Shown piece by piece: positions 30,173-40,029 of a stretch of DNA of 64,000 bases. Below the pieces are notes generated by a model, which was not told the DNA's origin, made no database searches, and saw only the letters and a list, made by a program, of their open reading frames with translations. The DNA is taken from assembly GCA_019455245.1 (NCBI GenBank), contig JACFMR010000019.1, forward strand, positions 10,604 to 74,603, written 5' to 3'. A program made the translations under genes and the position numbers. Each line of letters opens with the position of its first letter. The stretch's first letter is position 1. This stretch comes from Opitutaceae bacterium. Its GTDB lineage: Bacteria; Verrucomicrobiota; Verrucomicrobiia; Opitutales; Opitutaceae.

Positions 30173-31975
30173 TTATTCCCGCGCTTCCAGTTCCTCCCAA
30201 CGCACGAAGGCGTCGTGGTGCTCCTGCTCGATTGCAGCCAGCCGATCACGCGCGGCGGCCACCTCGGCGGGATCCGCCTTGTAAAACCGGGGGTCGGCCA
30301 ACTTCGTGGTGATCTCCGTCTGCTCCTGTTCCAGCGCTTCGATGCGGGCCGGCAAGGCGGCTAGTTCGCTGCGCTCCTTGTTGGTGAGTTTGCGGCGCGG
30401 AGTCGGAGCCGCATTCGCGATCTGCTCCGGCGCCTTTTCCTGGACCAATGCAACCTCCCGCGCCGCCTGCTTGGCCTGCTCCTGGGTCCAGTCGGTGTAG
30501 CCGCCGACATATTCGCTGATGCGGCCTTCGCCCTCAAAAACCAGCGTGCCGGTCACCACGTTGTCGAGAAAGTCGCGGTCGTGGCTGACCACGATCAGGG
30601 TGCCTTGGTATTCGACCAGCAGATCCTCCAACAAATCGAGGGTCTCGGCGTCGAGATCGTTCGTCGGTTCGTCCAGCACCAGCACATTGGCCGGCTTGGT
30701 GAACAGCCGGGCCAGCAACAGCCGGTTGCGCTCGCCGCCGGAAAGAACCCGCGCCGGCGTGCGCGCCCGGTCGGGCTCAAACAGAAAATCCTGCAGGTAG
30801 CTGATCACGTGACGCGTGCGGCCGTTGACCGTCACGGTCTCGTTGCCGTCGGCCACGTTGTCCGCGACGGTCTTGTCGTCGTCGATCTGCGCACGGTGCT
30901 GGTCGAAGTAAAGCACCTCCAGGCGTGTGCCGTGTTTGAGCGTGCCGGCGGTCGGCTCAAGCTCGCCCAGCAGCAGCTTGATGAAGGTGGTCTTGCCGGC
31001 GCCGTTGGGCCCGATCAATCCGAGCTTGTCGCCGCGCGTCAGCACCGTGGAGAAATCCCGGATCAGCGCCGGGCCGCCCGGGTAACCGAAGGCCAGGTTT
31101 TCCGCCTCGATCACCTTCACGCCGCTTTTCTCCGCCTCGGCCAGTTTCAGCACGGCATTGCCGGCGCGCGTGCGACGGGCCGCCCGCTCCGCGCGCATGA
31201 CCTTGAGCGCGTCGCGCCGGGCCCCGATGCGTTTGCGCTGGGCGCCGGGCCGGCGGCGCGCCCAGGCCTCCTCCTGCGCCAGTTTCTTGTCGAAGGCCGC
31301 CTGCTGCTTCTCCTCCGCCAGCAGCAGTTCCTCCTTGCGCAGGAGATACGTGTCGTAGTCGCACGCCCAGCTCGTCATCCGGCCGCGATCGAGTTCCACG
31401 ATACGCGTGGCCAGCCGCCGCAGGAACGCCCGGTCGTGGGTCACGAAGAACAGCGCGATCTTCTCCGTAAGCAGAAACTCCTCCAGCCACAGGATCGAGG
31501 CGAGATCGAGGTGGTTGGTCGGCTCGTCCAGCAACAGCAGGTCCGGCTGACCCGCGAGCGCGCGCGCCAGCAGCGTGCGACGCTTCAGCCCGCCCGAGAG
31601 CGCTTCAAACCGCGCCGCGGGGTCCAAACCCATCCGCGTGAGCAAACCCTCCACCCGCAGCTCGCGCTGCCAATCCTCCTCGTGATGATCCGACTCGGGC
31701 CGCACCCCGGCATACACCAGATCATGTACGCTGCCGGCAAGTCCGACGGGGATTTCCTGGGTCAACCGCGTGCAAACCGCACCGGCCGGACGAAACACCT
31801 GCCCCGTGTCGGGCGACAATTCGCCTGCGATCACGCGCATCAGCGTCGTCTTGCCCGAACCGTTGCGCCCCAGCAGGCACACGCGTTCGCCCGGATCGAC
31901 CTGAAAGTTCAGGTTTTCCAGCACCGGGGGACCGCCAAAGCTGAGATTGATGTCGAGCAGACTGAGCAACGCCAT
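30173..31975 (-). CDS. ABC-F family ATPase (Uup-like)
   Basis: Two ABC cassettes ([17 protein letters not shown]; [17 protein letters not shown]), no TM domain, C-terminal coiled-coil tail. Confidence 0.9.
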   Translation of the reverse strand: MALLSLLDINLSFGGPPVLENLNFQVDPGERVCLLGRNGSGKTTLMRVIAGELSPDTGQVFRPAGAVCTRLTQEIPVGLAGSVHDLVYAGVRPESDHHEEDWQRELRVEGLLTRMGLDPAARFEALSGGLKRRTLLARALAGQPDLLLLDEPTNHLDLASILWLEEFLLTEKIALFFVTHDRAFLRRLATRIVELDRGRMTSWACDYDTYLLRKEELLLAEEKQQAAFDKKLAQEEAWARRRPGAQRKRIGARRDALKVMRAERAARRTRAGNAVLKLAEAEKSGVKVIEAENLAFGYPGGPALIRDFSTVLTRGDKLGLIGPNGAGKTTFIKLLLGELEPTAGTLKHGTRLEVLYFDQHRAQIDDDKTVADNVADGNETVTVNGRTRHVISYLQDFLFEPDRARTPARVLSGGERNRLLLARLFTKPANVLVLDEPTNDLDAETLDLLEDLLVEYQGTLIVVSHDRDFLDNVVTGTLVFEGEGRISEYVGGYTDWTQEQAKQAAREVALVQEKAPEQIANAAPTPRRKLTNKERSELAALPARIEALEQEQTEITTKLADPRFYKADPAEVAAARDRLAAIEQEHHDAFVRWEELEARE

Positions 31976-32128
31976 GAACCCGCCACCCTGAACCTCCCCG
32001 CTCCGGTGGCAAGCATGCGTCGGCAGTTATGCAACCGGTTGCACAAGCCACAGGCTTGCTCCCCGATTGATCCCGGTTCCATGCTTGACGCGACGGATGG
32101 CTTCATTGCCGCCGCAGCTTTTCCCATC

Positions 32129-32866
32129 ATGCCCAACATCCCCGTTGCCCTCCAACTCTGGTCGCTGCGCGACCGCGTCAAAACCGACTTCGCCGGCACC
32201 GTGGCCGCAGTCGCCAAAATCGGTTACACCGCCGTCGAGACCGCCGGCTTCGGCAACCTCGACGCCAAGGGCGCCGCCGCCGCCCTGCGCGACGCCGGCC
32301 TGCAATGCGTGAGCATGCATGTCGGCATCGACGCCCTCAAGGCCAACCTCAACCGCTGTATTTCCGACGCGCATCTGCTCGGGGCGAAGCACGTCGTCTG
32401 CCCCGGCTGGCCTTCCGACCACTACGTTTCCGCCGCCGCGTGCGCCGGCATCGGCCGCGAACTCGCGCTCATCGGCGCGGCCTTTCGCGTGCACGGCATC
32501 CAGTTTGCCTTCCACAACCACGCCGCCGAACTCGCCGTCGTCGAGGGCCGCCGCGTGTTCGACTGGATGCTCGACGCCGCGGCCCCGCGCGATCTCGGTT
32601 GTCAGGCCGACGTCTACTGGGTGCAGGTCGGCGGCAAGGATCCCGCCGCCTTCATCCGCGAACAGGGCCGCCGCATCCGCACCGTGCACCTGAAGGATGA
32701 AAAGGAAATCGGCGGCGGCCCGGTGGACTTCCCCGCGGTGTTCCGCGCCATCGATGAAATCGGCGCCGTCGAGTGCTGCATCGTCGAGGTTGAGGACTAC
32801 AACTTCGAGCCGCTCGAATCCGTCCGCCGCTCCTTCGAACAACTGCGCGCCTGGGGCCGCGCCTGA
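32129..32866 (+). CDS. sugar phosphate isomerase/epimerase (xylose-isomerase-like TIM barrel)
   Basis: MPNIPVALQLWSLRD..IGYTAVETAGF.. is typical of the AP_endonuc_2/TIM family. Only the last 245 codons of ORF 30581..32866 are used. Alternative start at 32081. Confidence 0.75.
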   Translation: MPNIPVALQLWSLRDRVKTDFAGTVAAVAKIGYTAVETAGFGNLDAKGAAAALRDAGLQCVSMHVGIDALKANLNRCISDAHLLGAKHVVCPGWPSDHYVSAAACAGIGRELALIGAAFRVHGIQFAFHNHAAELAVVEGRRVFDWMLDAAAPRDLGCQADVYWVQVGGKDPAAFIREQGRRIRTVHLKDEKEIGGGPVDFPAVFRAIDEIGAVECCIVEVEDYNFEPLESVRRSFEQLRAWGRA

Positions 32867-32883
32867 AATCCGGAGACCAACTG

Positions 32884-33942
32884 ATGAAAAAGAAAGACAC
32901 CTTCAACGTGGCCGTGATCGGCGCCGGCGCCATCGGCATTGATCACATCCGGTCCTTCCAACAACACCCCGCCGCCACCGTCTCCGCGTTGGCCGAGGTC
33001 TCGCCCCAGCGCGGCCGCGAGGCCGCCGACCAGTTCAACATCCCGGACCTCGTCACCGACTATCGCACGCTGCTCAAACGCGCCGACATCGACATCGTTT
33101 CCATCGCCCTGCCCAATTACCTGCACGCCCCCGTCGCGCTTGCGGCGCTCCGCGCCGGCAAGCATGTGATGGTGGACAAGCCGATGGCGACCAACGCCCG
33201 CGACGCCGCCAAACTCGTCGTCACCGCGAAGCAGAAAAAACTCCTGCTCATGGTCGGGCAGAACAACCGCTTCACGCCGGAAGTGCAGACCGCCAAACAA
33301 CTCGTCACCGGCGGCACCCTAGGCGAGGTTTACCACGCCAAGACCGCGTGGACCCGTCGCGCGGGCATCCCGCGCATCGGCTCCTGGTTCACCCAGAAAA
33401 AATTCGCTGGCGGCGGTTGCACCTACGACATCGGCGTGCACGCGCTCGACCGCTGCCTTTACCTCCTCGGCGAATTCGAGGCCGCCGCCGTCAGCGGCCA
33501 GACCTACGGCCAGCTCGGCCCGCGCGGCCTCGGCGACGCCACCTGGGGCAAGAGCGAGATCGACCCGCAGAAACCGTTCGACGTCGACGATCTCTCGGTC
33601 GCGCTCATCAAGCTCAAAAGCGGTCGCACCGTGCTGCTCGAGGCCTCCTGGGCCGCACACCAGGCCCAGCCGGACTTCAACGGCACGCAGCTCTTCGGCA
33701 CGGAAGCCGGCCTGCAGTTGCCGCCGTTGCAATTGTTCCGCCAGGGACCGACCGGCTATGTCACCGAGCTCGTGACCACGCACACCGACCTCGTGCACCC
33801 CAACCGCATGGTCCATTTCATCGACTGCCTGCTGGGCAAGGCCAAGCCGTATGTAAAACCGGCCGAGTCGCTCGCCGTACAAAAGATCCTCGACGCCATT
33901 TACCTCTCCGCCAAAACCGGCAAGGAAGTGCGGATCAAGTAA
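32884..33942 (+). CDS. Gfo/Idh/MocA family oxidoreductase
   Basis: Rossmann N-terminus FNVAVIGAGAIGIDH, ALPNYLH, EKP-like motif VDKPMA. Confidence 0.85.
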   Translation: MKKKDTFNVAVIGAGAIGIDHIRSFQQHPAATVSALAEVSPQRGREAADQFNIPDLVTDYRTLLKRADIDIVSIALPNYLHAPVALAALRAGKHVMVDKPMATNARDAAKLVVTAKQKKLLLMVGQNNRFTPEVQTAKQLVTGGTLGEVYHAKTAWTRRAGIPRIGSWFTQKKFAGGGCTYDIGVHALDRCLYLLGEFEAAAVSGQTYGQLGPRGLGDATWGKSEIDPQKPFDVDDLSVALIKLKSGRTVLLEASWAAHQAQPDFNGTQLFGTEAGLQLPPLQLFRQGPTGYVTELVTTHTDLVHPNRMVHFIDCLLGKAKPYVKPAESLAVQKILDAIYLSAKTGKEVRIK

Positions 33943-33959
33943 CCGCCGAAGTCCGCGAA

Positions 33960-34061
33960 TCACGCCGCCGATTCGACGGCAACCGCAACGGACGGACGCA
34001 CCAGCGACGCGCGCGGCGTGATGATCACGAGCACGCCGTTCAGTTCCTGCACCGCAAGGAT
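33960..34061 (-). pseudogene. 3'-terminal remnant of a VOC/glyoxalase-family gene
   Basis: Minus-strand translation ILAVQELNGVLVIITPRASLVRPSVAVAVESAA-stop parallels the C-terminus of the intact VOC gene (…FAVRDPNGVLVIITPRASLVRPSVAMAVESAA). In-frame stops lie immediately upstream. Confidence 0.7.
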
Positions 34062-34118
34062 TCATAGGTCCCACCAGTGGCTCTTCAGTTCTTGCGCCAA
34101 CCTCATTTATAGACCAGC

Positions 34119-34802
34119 ATGCAGATAATGAGCATACTGCGGAGCTTACAAATCCTGCTCGCAGGCCATGCAGTTCTTGGGGGAGTGACCACTGGCACAG
34201 CCATGGCAAACCCAAGAAATTCAATGCATGAATACCGTTTCAACATCGAAGAATACGAGCTATCCTTCTCGGTGCCCAAGGCATTTCTGTCTGGTATGTG
34301 GAACAGGCCGGATCGTTATAATCCTGAATGGAAAAAAGACCGCCGCGGTGAAGGATCCTATGCGGAGTATTTTTTTCATACACATTGGTTTAAAGGTCCT
34401 GTTTGGGTGGGGAATTATGCTTCCGCAATATTCATTATAAGAATAATTGAGGCAGATTCAGAGTATTCAGGGCAGATTTCCACATTGGACGACTTGGATA
34501 AATATCTGAACTGGGAATGGATGTTTGACGGTAGTAAAACCTACCACCCTAAGATTTCTAGGAAGACGATCTCTGGGTTTGACTGGATTCAAACGACAAT
34601 AGAGCCATCAAATTCCAAGAAAAATGTAAACCGTGGCCCCGAGAACACGATACTGTGGTTTCCTCTCGGAAACCGACGATATCTCATGGTGCTGTGGCAA
34701 ATCGACGAATTTGTTCCTGGTAAAACCAATAGATGGCTAGACAAAGCCCATGAGATGCGGGATCAAATCCTTAATTCGATTGTTATGCGCCAAGTAAATT
34801 GA
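34119..34802 (+). CDS. hypothetical secreted protein, AT-rich orphan ORF
   Basis: 227-aa ORF in a visibly AT-rich segment. N-terminal signal-like SILRSLQILLAGHAVLGGVTTGTAMA. Trp/Tyr/Lys/Asn-rich composition unlike neighbours. No family recognised. Confidence 0.6.
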   Translation: MQIMSILRSLQILLAGHAVLGGVTTGTAMANPRNSMHEYRFNIEEYELSFSVPKAFLSGMWNRPDRYNPEWKKDRRGEGSYAEYFFHTHWFKGPVWVGNYASAIFIIRIIEADSEYSGQISTLDDLDKYLNWEWMFDGSKTYHPKISRKTISGFDWIQTTIEPSNSKKNVNRGPENTILWFPLGNRRYLMVLWQIDEFVPGKTNRWLDKAHEMRDQILNSIVMRQVN

Positions 34803-34831
34803 AGAGTCGCTGGCATTAATGCCTAAAATGC

Positions 34832-35272
34832 TCACGCCGCCGATTCGACGGCCATGGCAACTGAAGGACGTACCAGCGACGCGCGCGGCGTGATGATCAC
34901 GAGCACGCCATTCGGATCGCGCACGGCAAAGCTGCCCGCGCGCCACCAGCGTGCGGTGGGCACGGATTGCACCGGCACACCCACGTTCCGCAGCGCCGCT
35001 TGTTCCACCCCGGGATCCGCCACCTCCAGCGTCAGCCACCAGCCATGGCCGCGGTTCGCGCTGACCAGGTCCGCCGGGGTGTCCCCGGCCTCCTCGCGCA
35101 ACAGCACGAGCTGGGCGCCGCCTGCGTGCTGCAGCCGAACCCAGTGATCGCGCTCCTCCACCGTCCTGAACCCGAGATGCGTAGTGTAGAAATCCCACGT
35201 CTCGTGATACCGCGCGGTGACGATTCCCGCGTGAAATGCCGCGGGAAAAACCGGAAAATCTTCCGTCGTCAT
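34832..35272 (-). CDS. VOC (glyoxalase/bleomycin-resistance/dioxygenase) family protein
   Basis: FHAGIVTARYHETWDFYTTHLGF... betabetaalphabetabetabeta-type VOC pattern, 146 aa. Confidence 0.75.
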   Translation of the reverse strand: MTTEDFPVFPAAFHAGIVTARYHETWDFYTTHLGFRTVEERDHWVRLQHAGGAQLVLLREEAGDTPADLVSANRGHGWWLTLEVADPGVEQAALRNVGVPVQSVPTARWWRAGSFAVRDPNGVLVIITPRASLVRPSVAMAVESAA

Positions 35273-35278
35273 GTGCGA

Positions 35279-35674
35279 TCAGCTTTGGGCCGGATTGCGC
35301 TTGTGGATGGTGACGGCATTGCCGTCGGGATCCAACACCACCGCCAGCCGGCACACGCCGCTGTCGGTTGGTTCGAGGCTGAAACGCACCCCGGCCGCCC
35401 GCAGCACCGCCACCGCCGCATCAAAGTCCGTCACCTCCAGCGCGGCCGACGGCCCTTGGTCCGAGGGCAGCCACTTTTCCTGCGCCATGTTGGTGATGGC
35501 GAGCGTGGCCGGACCGATGTCGTATTCCACCCAGGCCCGCCCCTCGTGTTCAAACACCTGGCCGGTTTTAAGATTCAGGATGTCCTCATAAAAGGCCCGG
35601 GCACGGGCCATGTCGGTGACGGGGTAACCCGTGAAGGCAATTTCGGTAATCTGGATTTTGGGTGTTTCACTCAT
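35279..35674 (-). CDS. VOC (glyoxalase) family protein
   Basis: ITEIAFTGYPVTDMARARAFYEDILNL... and LAVVLDPDGNAVTI. 131 aa, 6 nt upstream of the next VOC gene. Confidence 0.8.
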   Translation of the reverse strand: MSETPKIQITEIAFTGYPVTDMARARAFYEDILNLKTGQVFEHEGRAWVEYDIGPATLAITNMAQEKWLPSDQGPSAALEVTDFDAAVAVLRAAGVRFSLEPTDSGVCRLAVVLDPDGNAVTIHKRNPAQS

Positions 35675-35750
35675 GGCGCCCGAACCTATCAGCCCCCGCT
35701 GACAGCCCTATGTCAGGAGCCGGCGCCAAGATTCGGCATCGCCGGGAAAA

Positions 35751-36701
35751 TCATCCGTAACGGCGCACCGTTTCCCGCGCCAAATCCGCCACCCGCTCCC
35801 GCAATTCCGGCGGGTCCAGCGCCTCGGCCGCCGGCCCGAACGACAGCAGCCAGCGCGCCAGCCATTCGATTGAAAACGTGAACAACGAAAACTCCGCGCC
35901 GCCGTCGCGAGCCCGTTCCTCGCTCAAGGTCGCGTAGCTCTCGGCCCGCGCACGCTCCTGCACCTCCGCCGCCAGCCAGATGCGCGTGGGGATCGTGTCC
36001 GCCGCCGCTTCCTCGCGCGCGAGATGCTCGCGCAACGAAAAATCCGGCCGCACGGGAAAGATTTCGCCCGCCTCGGTCAGTTCGCGGATGCGATCGATGC
36101 GGAACTGGCGGAAGTCCCGACGCAGCCGGCACCACGCCACCAGATACCACGCGCCCCCGTAAAACACCACGCCCAGCGGCTCCACCGCGCGCATCGTTTC
36201 CTCCGCGCGCTCCCGGCCCCGGTAGCGCAGTTGCAGGACGCGCCGCTGCACCACGCCGCGTTGCACCGGCAGCAGCCACGTCTGCGCCGCCGGATTCACC
36301 GCCACATTGCCCGACCGCCCCATGATCACGGTCTGTCGCACGAGCCGCTCCACCTGATCCTGACGCTCACGCGGCAACACCGCCCTTAACTTGTCCAAGG
36401 CCGACATCATGGGTCCGCCAAACGATGCGTCCGTGAACTCCTTCACCAGCTCAGCGCCCACAAACAGCGCCGACGCCTCGTCGGCCGTCAACATGACCGG
36501 CGGCAGGTGATAACCTTTCACCAGACTGTAGCCCACGCCGGCCTCGCCCGCGATCGGCACCCCCGCCTCGCCCAGCGCCGCCATGTCGCGATAGACCGTG
36601 CGCAGGCTGATCTCAAAATGCTCCGCCAGTTCCTGGGCGCGCACGAGGCGGCGTCCCTGCAGGAACATCACCATCGCCACAAGCCGGTCGGTCCGATTCA
36701 T
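35751..36701 (-). CDS. YafY-family transcriptional regulator (HTH + WYL domain)
   Basis: MNRTDRLVAMVMFLQGRRLVRAQELAEHFEISLRTVYRDMAALGEAGVPI plus a WYL-like GAWYLVAWC. Start at ATG 36701. Confidence 0.85.
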   Translation of the reverse strand: MNRTDRLVAMVMFLQGRRLVRAQELAEHFEISLRTVYRDMAALGEAGVPIAGEAGVGYSLVKGYHLPPVMLTADEASALFVGAELVKEFTDASFGGPMMSALDKLRAVLPRERQDQVERLVRQTVIMGRSGNVAVNPAAQTWLLPVQRGVVQRRVLQLRYRGRERAEETMRAVEPLGVVFYGGAWYLVAWCRLRRDFRQFRIDRIRELTEAGEIFPVRPDFSLREHLAREEAAADTIPTRIWLAAEVQERARAESYATLSEERARDGGAEFSLFTFSIEWLARWLLSFGPAAEALDPPELRERVADLARETVRRYG

Positions 36702-36831
36702 GCGCGCAGCATGGCGACCCGGTCCAGACCGCCAAACCGAAATTCCGCCCCACCGCCTCAACCAACGCCATTATTCTGCGAAAACACGTCATAATCGGGC
36801 TTTATTAAAAATTGCGCCGGCACGTTTGCCC

Positions 36832-38718
36832 ATGGACTTGCCCGCGCGATTTTGCAATGCCTTGACCTTCATGGTTAGCCCCAACTCCGACTCCAGCGGC
36901 GGCCCGTCCGCCCCTCCCTCCACATTGCCGGATGCTGTCATCCGTCTCGCAGGCAATTCGCAGGATGGCATCCAGACCATCGGCGGTTTTCTCGCCCGGC
37001 TCGCCGGCCGCAGCGATCAGGATGTCCTGACCTACATGACGATCCCCTCGACCATCTCGGGCGGACCGTCGATCTTTCAGGTGCGCATGGGCACCGGCGA
37101 CATTCTGTCCGCGGGTGACCAGACCGATTTTCTCGTCGCGTTCTACCAGCACAGCTACGAGGCCCATGTCGGTTCCCTGCGCGACGGCGGCGTGCTCATC
37201 TACGACAGCGATCATGTGAAGCCCGATCCCGACGACCGGCGCTTCTTGCACGTGCCAGTGCCGATCACCAGCCGCACCATCGAGGTCATGGGCGGTGCGG
37301 GCAAGGACAAGGGCAAGAACATGTTCGTGCTCGGCCTGATCGCGCGCGTCTTCAGTCTCGATGTCGCCAAGCTCCATCTGCTCGTGCGCGAGCGTTTCGG
37401 TGCCCGCAGCGAGGACATTGTGCGCAACGCCCTGCTCGCCCTCGATGCGGGCTACGGCACCCCGGTCGAAAACCTCCTCGGCCAGCTCTACCGTTTCGAA
37501 CAGAACAAGCGCGAAGGCGGCCGGCCGCAGATCACGATGGACGGCAACACCGCGCTGACCTACGGCCTCATCACCGCCGGCGTGCGCTACGGCGCCGCTT
37601 ATCCCATCACGCCGTGGTCCACCATCATGGAGATGCTCCGCACCGAGCTGCCCAAATACGGCGGCACCTTTGTGCAGGCCGAGGACGAGCTCAGCGCCGT
37701 CTCCATGGCCATCGGTTTCGCCTACGCCGGCCATCTCGCCATCACCGGCAGCTCCGGCCCCGGCCTCTCCCTCAAGATGGAGGCGCTCGGCTGGGCCGTC
37801 ATGGCGGAAATCCCGCTCATCGTCATCAACGTGCAGCGCGGCGGTCCCTCCACCGGTCTGCCGACCAACATCGAGCAGAGCGACCTGCTGCAGGCCATCT
37901 ACGGCAGCCATGGTGACGCGCCGCGCGTCGTGCTTGCGCCGCGCGACGTCGAGGATTGCTTCTACACCGCCATTGAGGCCGCCCGCATCGCCCGCGATTA
38001 CAGCGTGCCCGTCATCATCCTCACCGATCAGGCCCTCGCCACGCGCATCGAGGCGTTCGACGAACCCGACCTCGACCAACTGGTCCGCCCGCCGGCGCTC
38101 GACCTCTCAACCCGCCCGGCCGATTTCAAGCCCTACCCGCTCGATCAGATCACCCGTCACGCCCCGCCCGGCGCCGTGGTCCAATCCGGCAAGTATCCGA
38201 CCGTTACCGGACTGGAGCACGACGAGCTGGGTCACCCGACCGCCAATCCCGCGCTGCACACCAAGATGACCGAAAAACGGCGCGAGAAACTCAAGCGCCT
38301 CGGCGAAAGTTTGGCACGCCCGGATATCTACGGCGACGAATCCGGGGACATCCTGCTCGTCAGCTGGGGCTCGCCCTACGGACCGGTGCGCGAGGCCGTC
38401 AACCGTCTCCGCGCCGCCGGTGATTGCACCTGCGGCCAACTGCACCTGCGGCACCTGCACCCGTTGCCGCCTGATTTGGAGCGCATCTTCGCCCGCTACC
38501 GCCAGATCTTCGTCATCGAGATCAACGACCAGGGCCTCTACGGCTTCGGCCAGCTCGCCACCCTGCTGCGCGCACGCTACGCCAACCCCGCCATCCGCAG
38601 CATCACCAAGACCGACGGTCTCGCGTTCAAGACCCGCGAGGTCACCGAGGGCGTGCGCCGCCTCTGCGGCGATGCCTCCGCCTCCGTCTCCGCCTACCCG
38701 ACCAACATCCCCGCCTGA
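36832..38718 (+). CDS. korA: 2-oxoacid:ferredoxin oxidoreductase subunit alpha (KorA-like)
   Basis: N-terminal gamma-like AGNSQDGIQTIGG, then alpha domain (GNTALTYG..YPITPWS..ELSAVSMAIG). Start is either 36832 or 36871. Confidence 0.85.
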   Translation: MDLPARFCNALTFMVSPNSDSSGGPSAPPSTLPDAVIRLAGNSQDGIQTIGGFLARLAGRSDQDVLTYMTIPSTISGGPSIFQVRMGTGDILSAGDQTDFLVAFYQHSYEAHVGSLRDGGVLIYDSDHVKPDPDDRRFLHVPVPITSRTIEVMGGAGKDKGKNMFVLGLIARVFSLDVAKLHLLVRERFGARSEDIVRNALLALDAGYGTPVENLLGQLYRFEQNKREGGRPQITMDGNTALTYGLITAGVRYGAAYPITPWSTIMEMLRTELPKYGGTFVQAEDELSAVSMAIGFAYAGHLAITGSSGPGLSLKMEALGWAVMAEIPLIVINVQRGGPSTGLPTNIEQSDLLQAIYGSHGDAPRVVLAPRDVEDCFYTAIEAARIARDYSVPVIILTDQALATRIEAFDEPDLDQLVRPPALDLSTRPADFKPYPLDQITRHAPPGAVVQSGKYPTVTGLEHDELGHPTANPALHTKMTEKRREKLKRLGESLARPDIYGDESGDILLVSWGSPYGPVREAVNRLRAAGDCTCGQLHLRHLHPLPPDLERIFARYRQIFVIEINDQGLYGFGQLATLLRARYANPAIRSITKTDGLAFKTREVTEGVRRLCGDASASVSAYPTNIPA

Positions 38719-38723
38719 CCGCC

Positions 38724-39659
38724 ATGAGCCAGACCGCCACTCTCCCCACTCCCGCCCCGGAAAAACTCACCAAGAAGGCCCTCACCGCCGATCATCCCAC
38801 GTGGTGCCCCGGCTGCGGCGACTTCGCCGTGCTCGCGGCCTTCTACCGCGTGCTCGAGCGCCTGCAGATTCCGCAGGAAAAAATCGTCACGATGGCCGGC
38901 ATCGGCTGCAGCTCGCGTTTTCCGTATTTCGTCAACACCCACGGCGGCCACTACATCCACGGTCGCTCCCTGCCCTTCGCCGCGGGCATCTCGCTCTCGC
39001 GCGACGACCTGCATGTGTTCGTCTTCGGCGGCGACGGCGACGGTTTCTCCATCGGCGGCAACCACCTCGTGCACACCGCGCGCAAGAACGTGAACCTGAC
39101 CTATGTGATCATGGACAACTTCGTCTATGGTCTCACCAAGAAGCAGACCTCGCCCACCTCGCCCGTCGGCTTCAAATCCAAGACCGATCCCACCGGCGCG
39201 ATCGACCAGCCCATCAACCCGATGCGCACCCTGATCAACAGCGGCGCGACCTTCATCGCCCGCAGCCACGCCACCCAGGTCAACCACATGATCGAGATGA
39301 TGGAACGCGCCGCGCGCCACCCGGGCTTCTCCGTCGTGGAAATCCTCTCCGAGTGCGTGGAGTTCTACCCCGGCGCCTTCGATGCCGGCAACCCGCGCAA
39401 GGGCGGCGCCTTCAAACAGATCGAGCTCCGCAAAAACGACGGCACGCCCGAGGACGCCGCCCGGCACGATCCCACCGACGAACTCGCCGCCGCCAAACTC
39501 GCGCTGGAGGAATGGCCGGGCAGCTTCGGTGTCTATTACGAGACCACACGCCCGACCAAAAACGAGCTCGAGGCCAACCTGATCAAGCGTGCCCGCGAAA
39601 AAACCAAGGGCGCTTCCGATCTCGATCTGCTCAAGGCCACCTTCGCCCGCCTGCGCTGA
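38724..39659 (+). CDS. korB: 2-oxoacid:ferredoxin oxidoreductase subunit beta (KorB-like)
   Basis: TPP-binding subunit: TWCPGCGDFAVL, GIGCSSRF, GGDGDGFSIGGNH, VIMDNFVYGLTK. Confidence 0.9.
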   Translation: MSQTATLPTPAPEKLTKKALTADHPTWCPGCGDFAVLAAFYRVLERLQIPQEKIVTMAGIGCSSRFPYFVNTHGGHYIHGRSLPFAAGISLSRDDLHVFVFGGDGDGFSIGGNHLVHTARKNVNLTYVIMDNFVYGLTKKQTSPTSPVGFKSKTDPTGAIDQPINPMRTLINSGATFIARSHATQVNHMIEMMERAARHPGFSVVEILSECVEFYPGAFDAGNPRKGGAFKQIELRKNDGTPEDAARHDPTDELAAAKLALEEWPGSFGVYYETTRPTKNELEANLIKRAREKTKGASDLDLLKATFARLR

Positions 39660-39679
39660 GGACGCAGTTTAGGTTGCGG

Positions 39680-39742
39680 TGTAGCCGCGCTGGCCGTGCC
39701 CTTCGTAGACTCGGCGAAGTAGGGAGCTTGGCGACAGCGTGG
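39680..39742. repeat. 63-nt intergenic repeat, copy B
   Basis: TGTAGCCGCGCTGGCCGTGCCCTTCGTAGACTCGGCGAAGTAGGGAGC...CGTGG. Same orientation as copy A and likewise just after a plus-strand gene end. Confidence 0.7.
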
Positions 39743-39811
39743 TTTCCCTGTGATCATAATAGTCTGAATCCCGCCCCACTCTGCACGTCTATGGCTCAAG
39801 CGGGGCGACGA

Positions 39812-39856
39812 AAACAAATGCCGGACCCAGGCCCATTGCCCGCGTCCGGCATTTTG
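39812..39856. terminator. bidirectional terminator-like hairpin between convergent korB and pfp
   Basis: AAATGCCGGAC-(16 nt)-GTCCGGCATTT, 11-bp stem flanked by an A-run and a T-run. Confidence 0.5.
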
Positions 39857-39940
39857 CTGTCCGGCAGATTACCTCTTCTCAGCGGTAGCGATGCAGTCGG
39901 GATCCGTCGCAGGGCGGAAGAGGGCAAACATCGAGGTGGA

Positions 39941-39960
39941 GCGGCTTGCCCTCAAGACGC
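39941..39960 (+). repeat. CCCT-loop hairpin (family copy 4)
   Basis: GCGGCTTG-CCCT-CAAGACGC. Same apex TTGCCCTCAA, one stem mismatch. Confidence 0.6.
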
Positions 39961-40029
39961 TGGGGTGAATCTGCCGGTTAATGACGCGTTGAGAACAACG
40001 CGCTCCACCTTCAACTACATCGTTCCGAC

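Noticed and set aside
30581-32128. N-terminal 516 codons of the 761-aa ORF 30581..32866
   Set aside because: This part is antisense to the ABC-F ATPase and has no motifs. Only the last ~245 codons (from ATG 32129) resemble a TIM-barrel isomerase.
39981-40005. Hairpin GACGCGTTG-AGAA-CAACGCG(C)TC just downstream of pfp as a fifth CCCT-loop family member
   Set aside because: The stem resembles the family, but the loop is TTCT in sense orientation and there is a bulge. I kept it out of the family to avoid over-counting.
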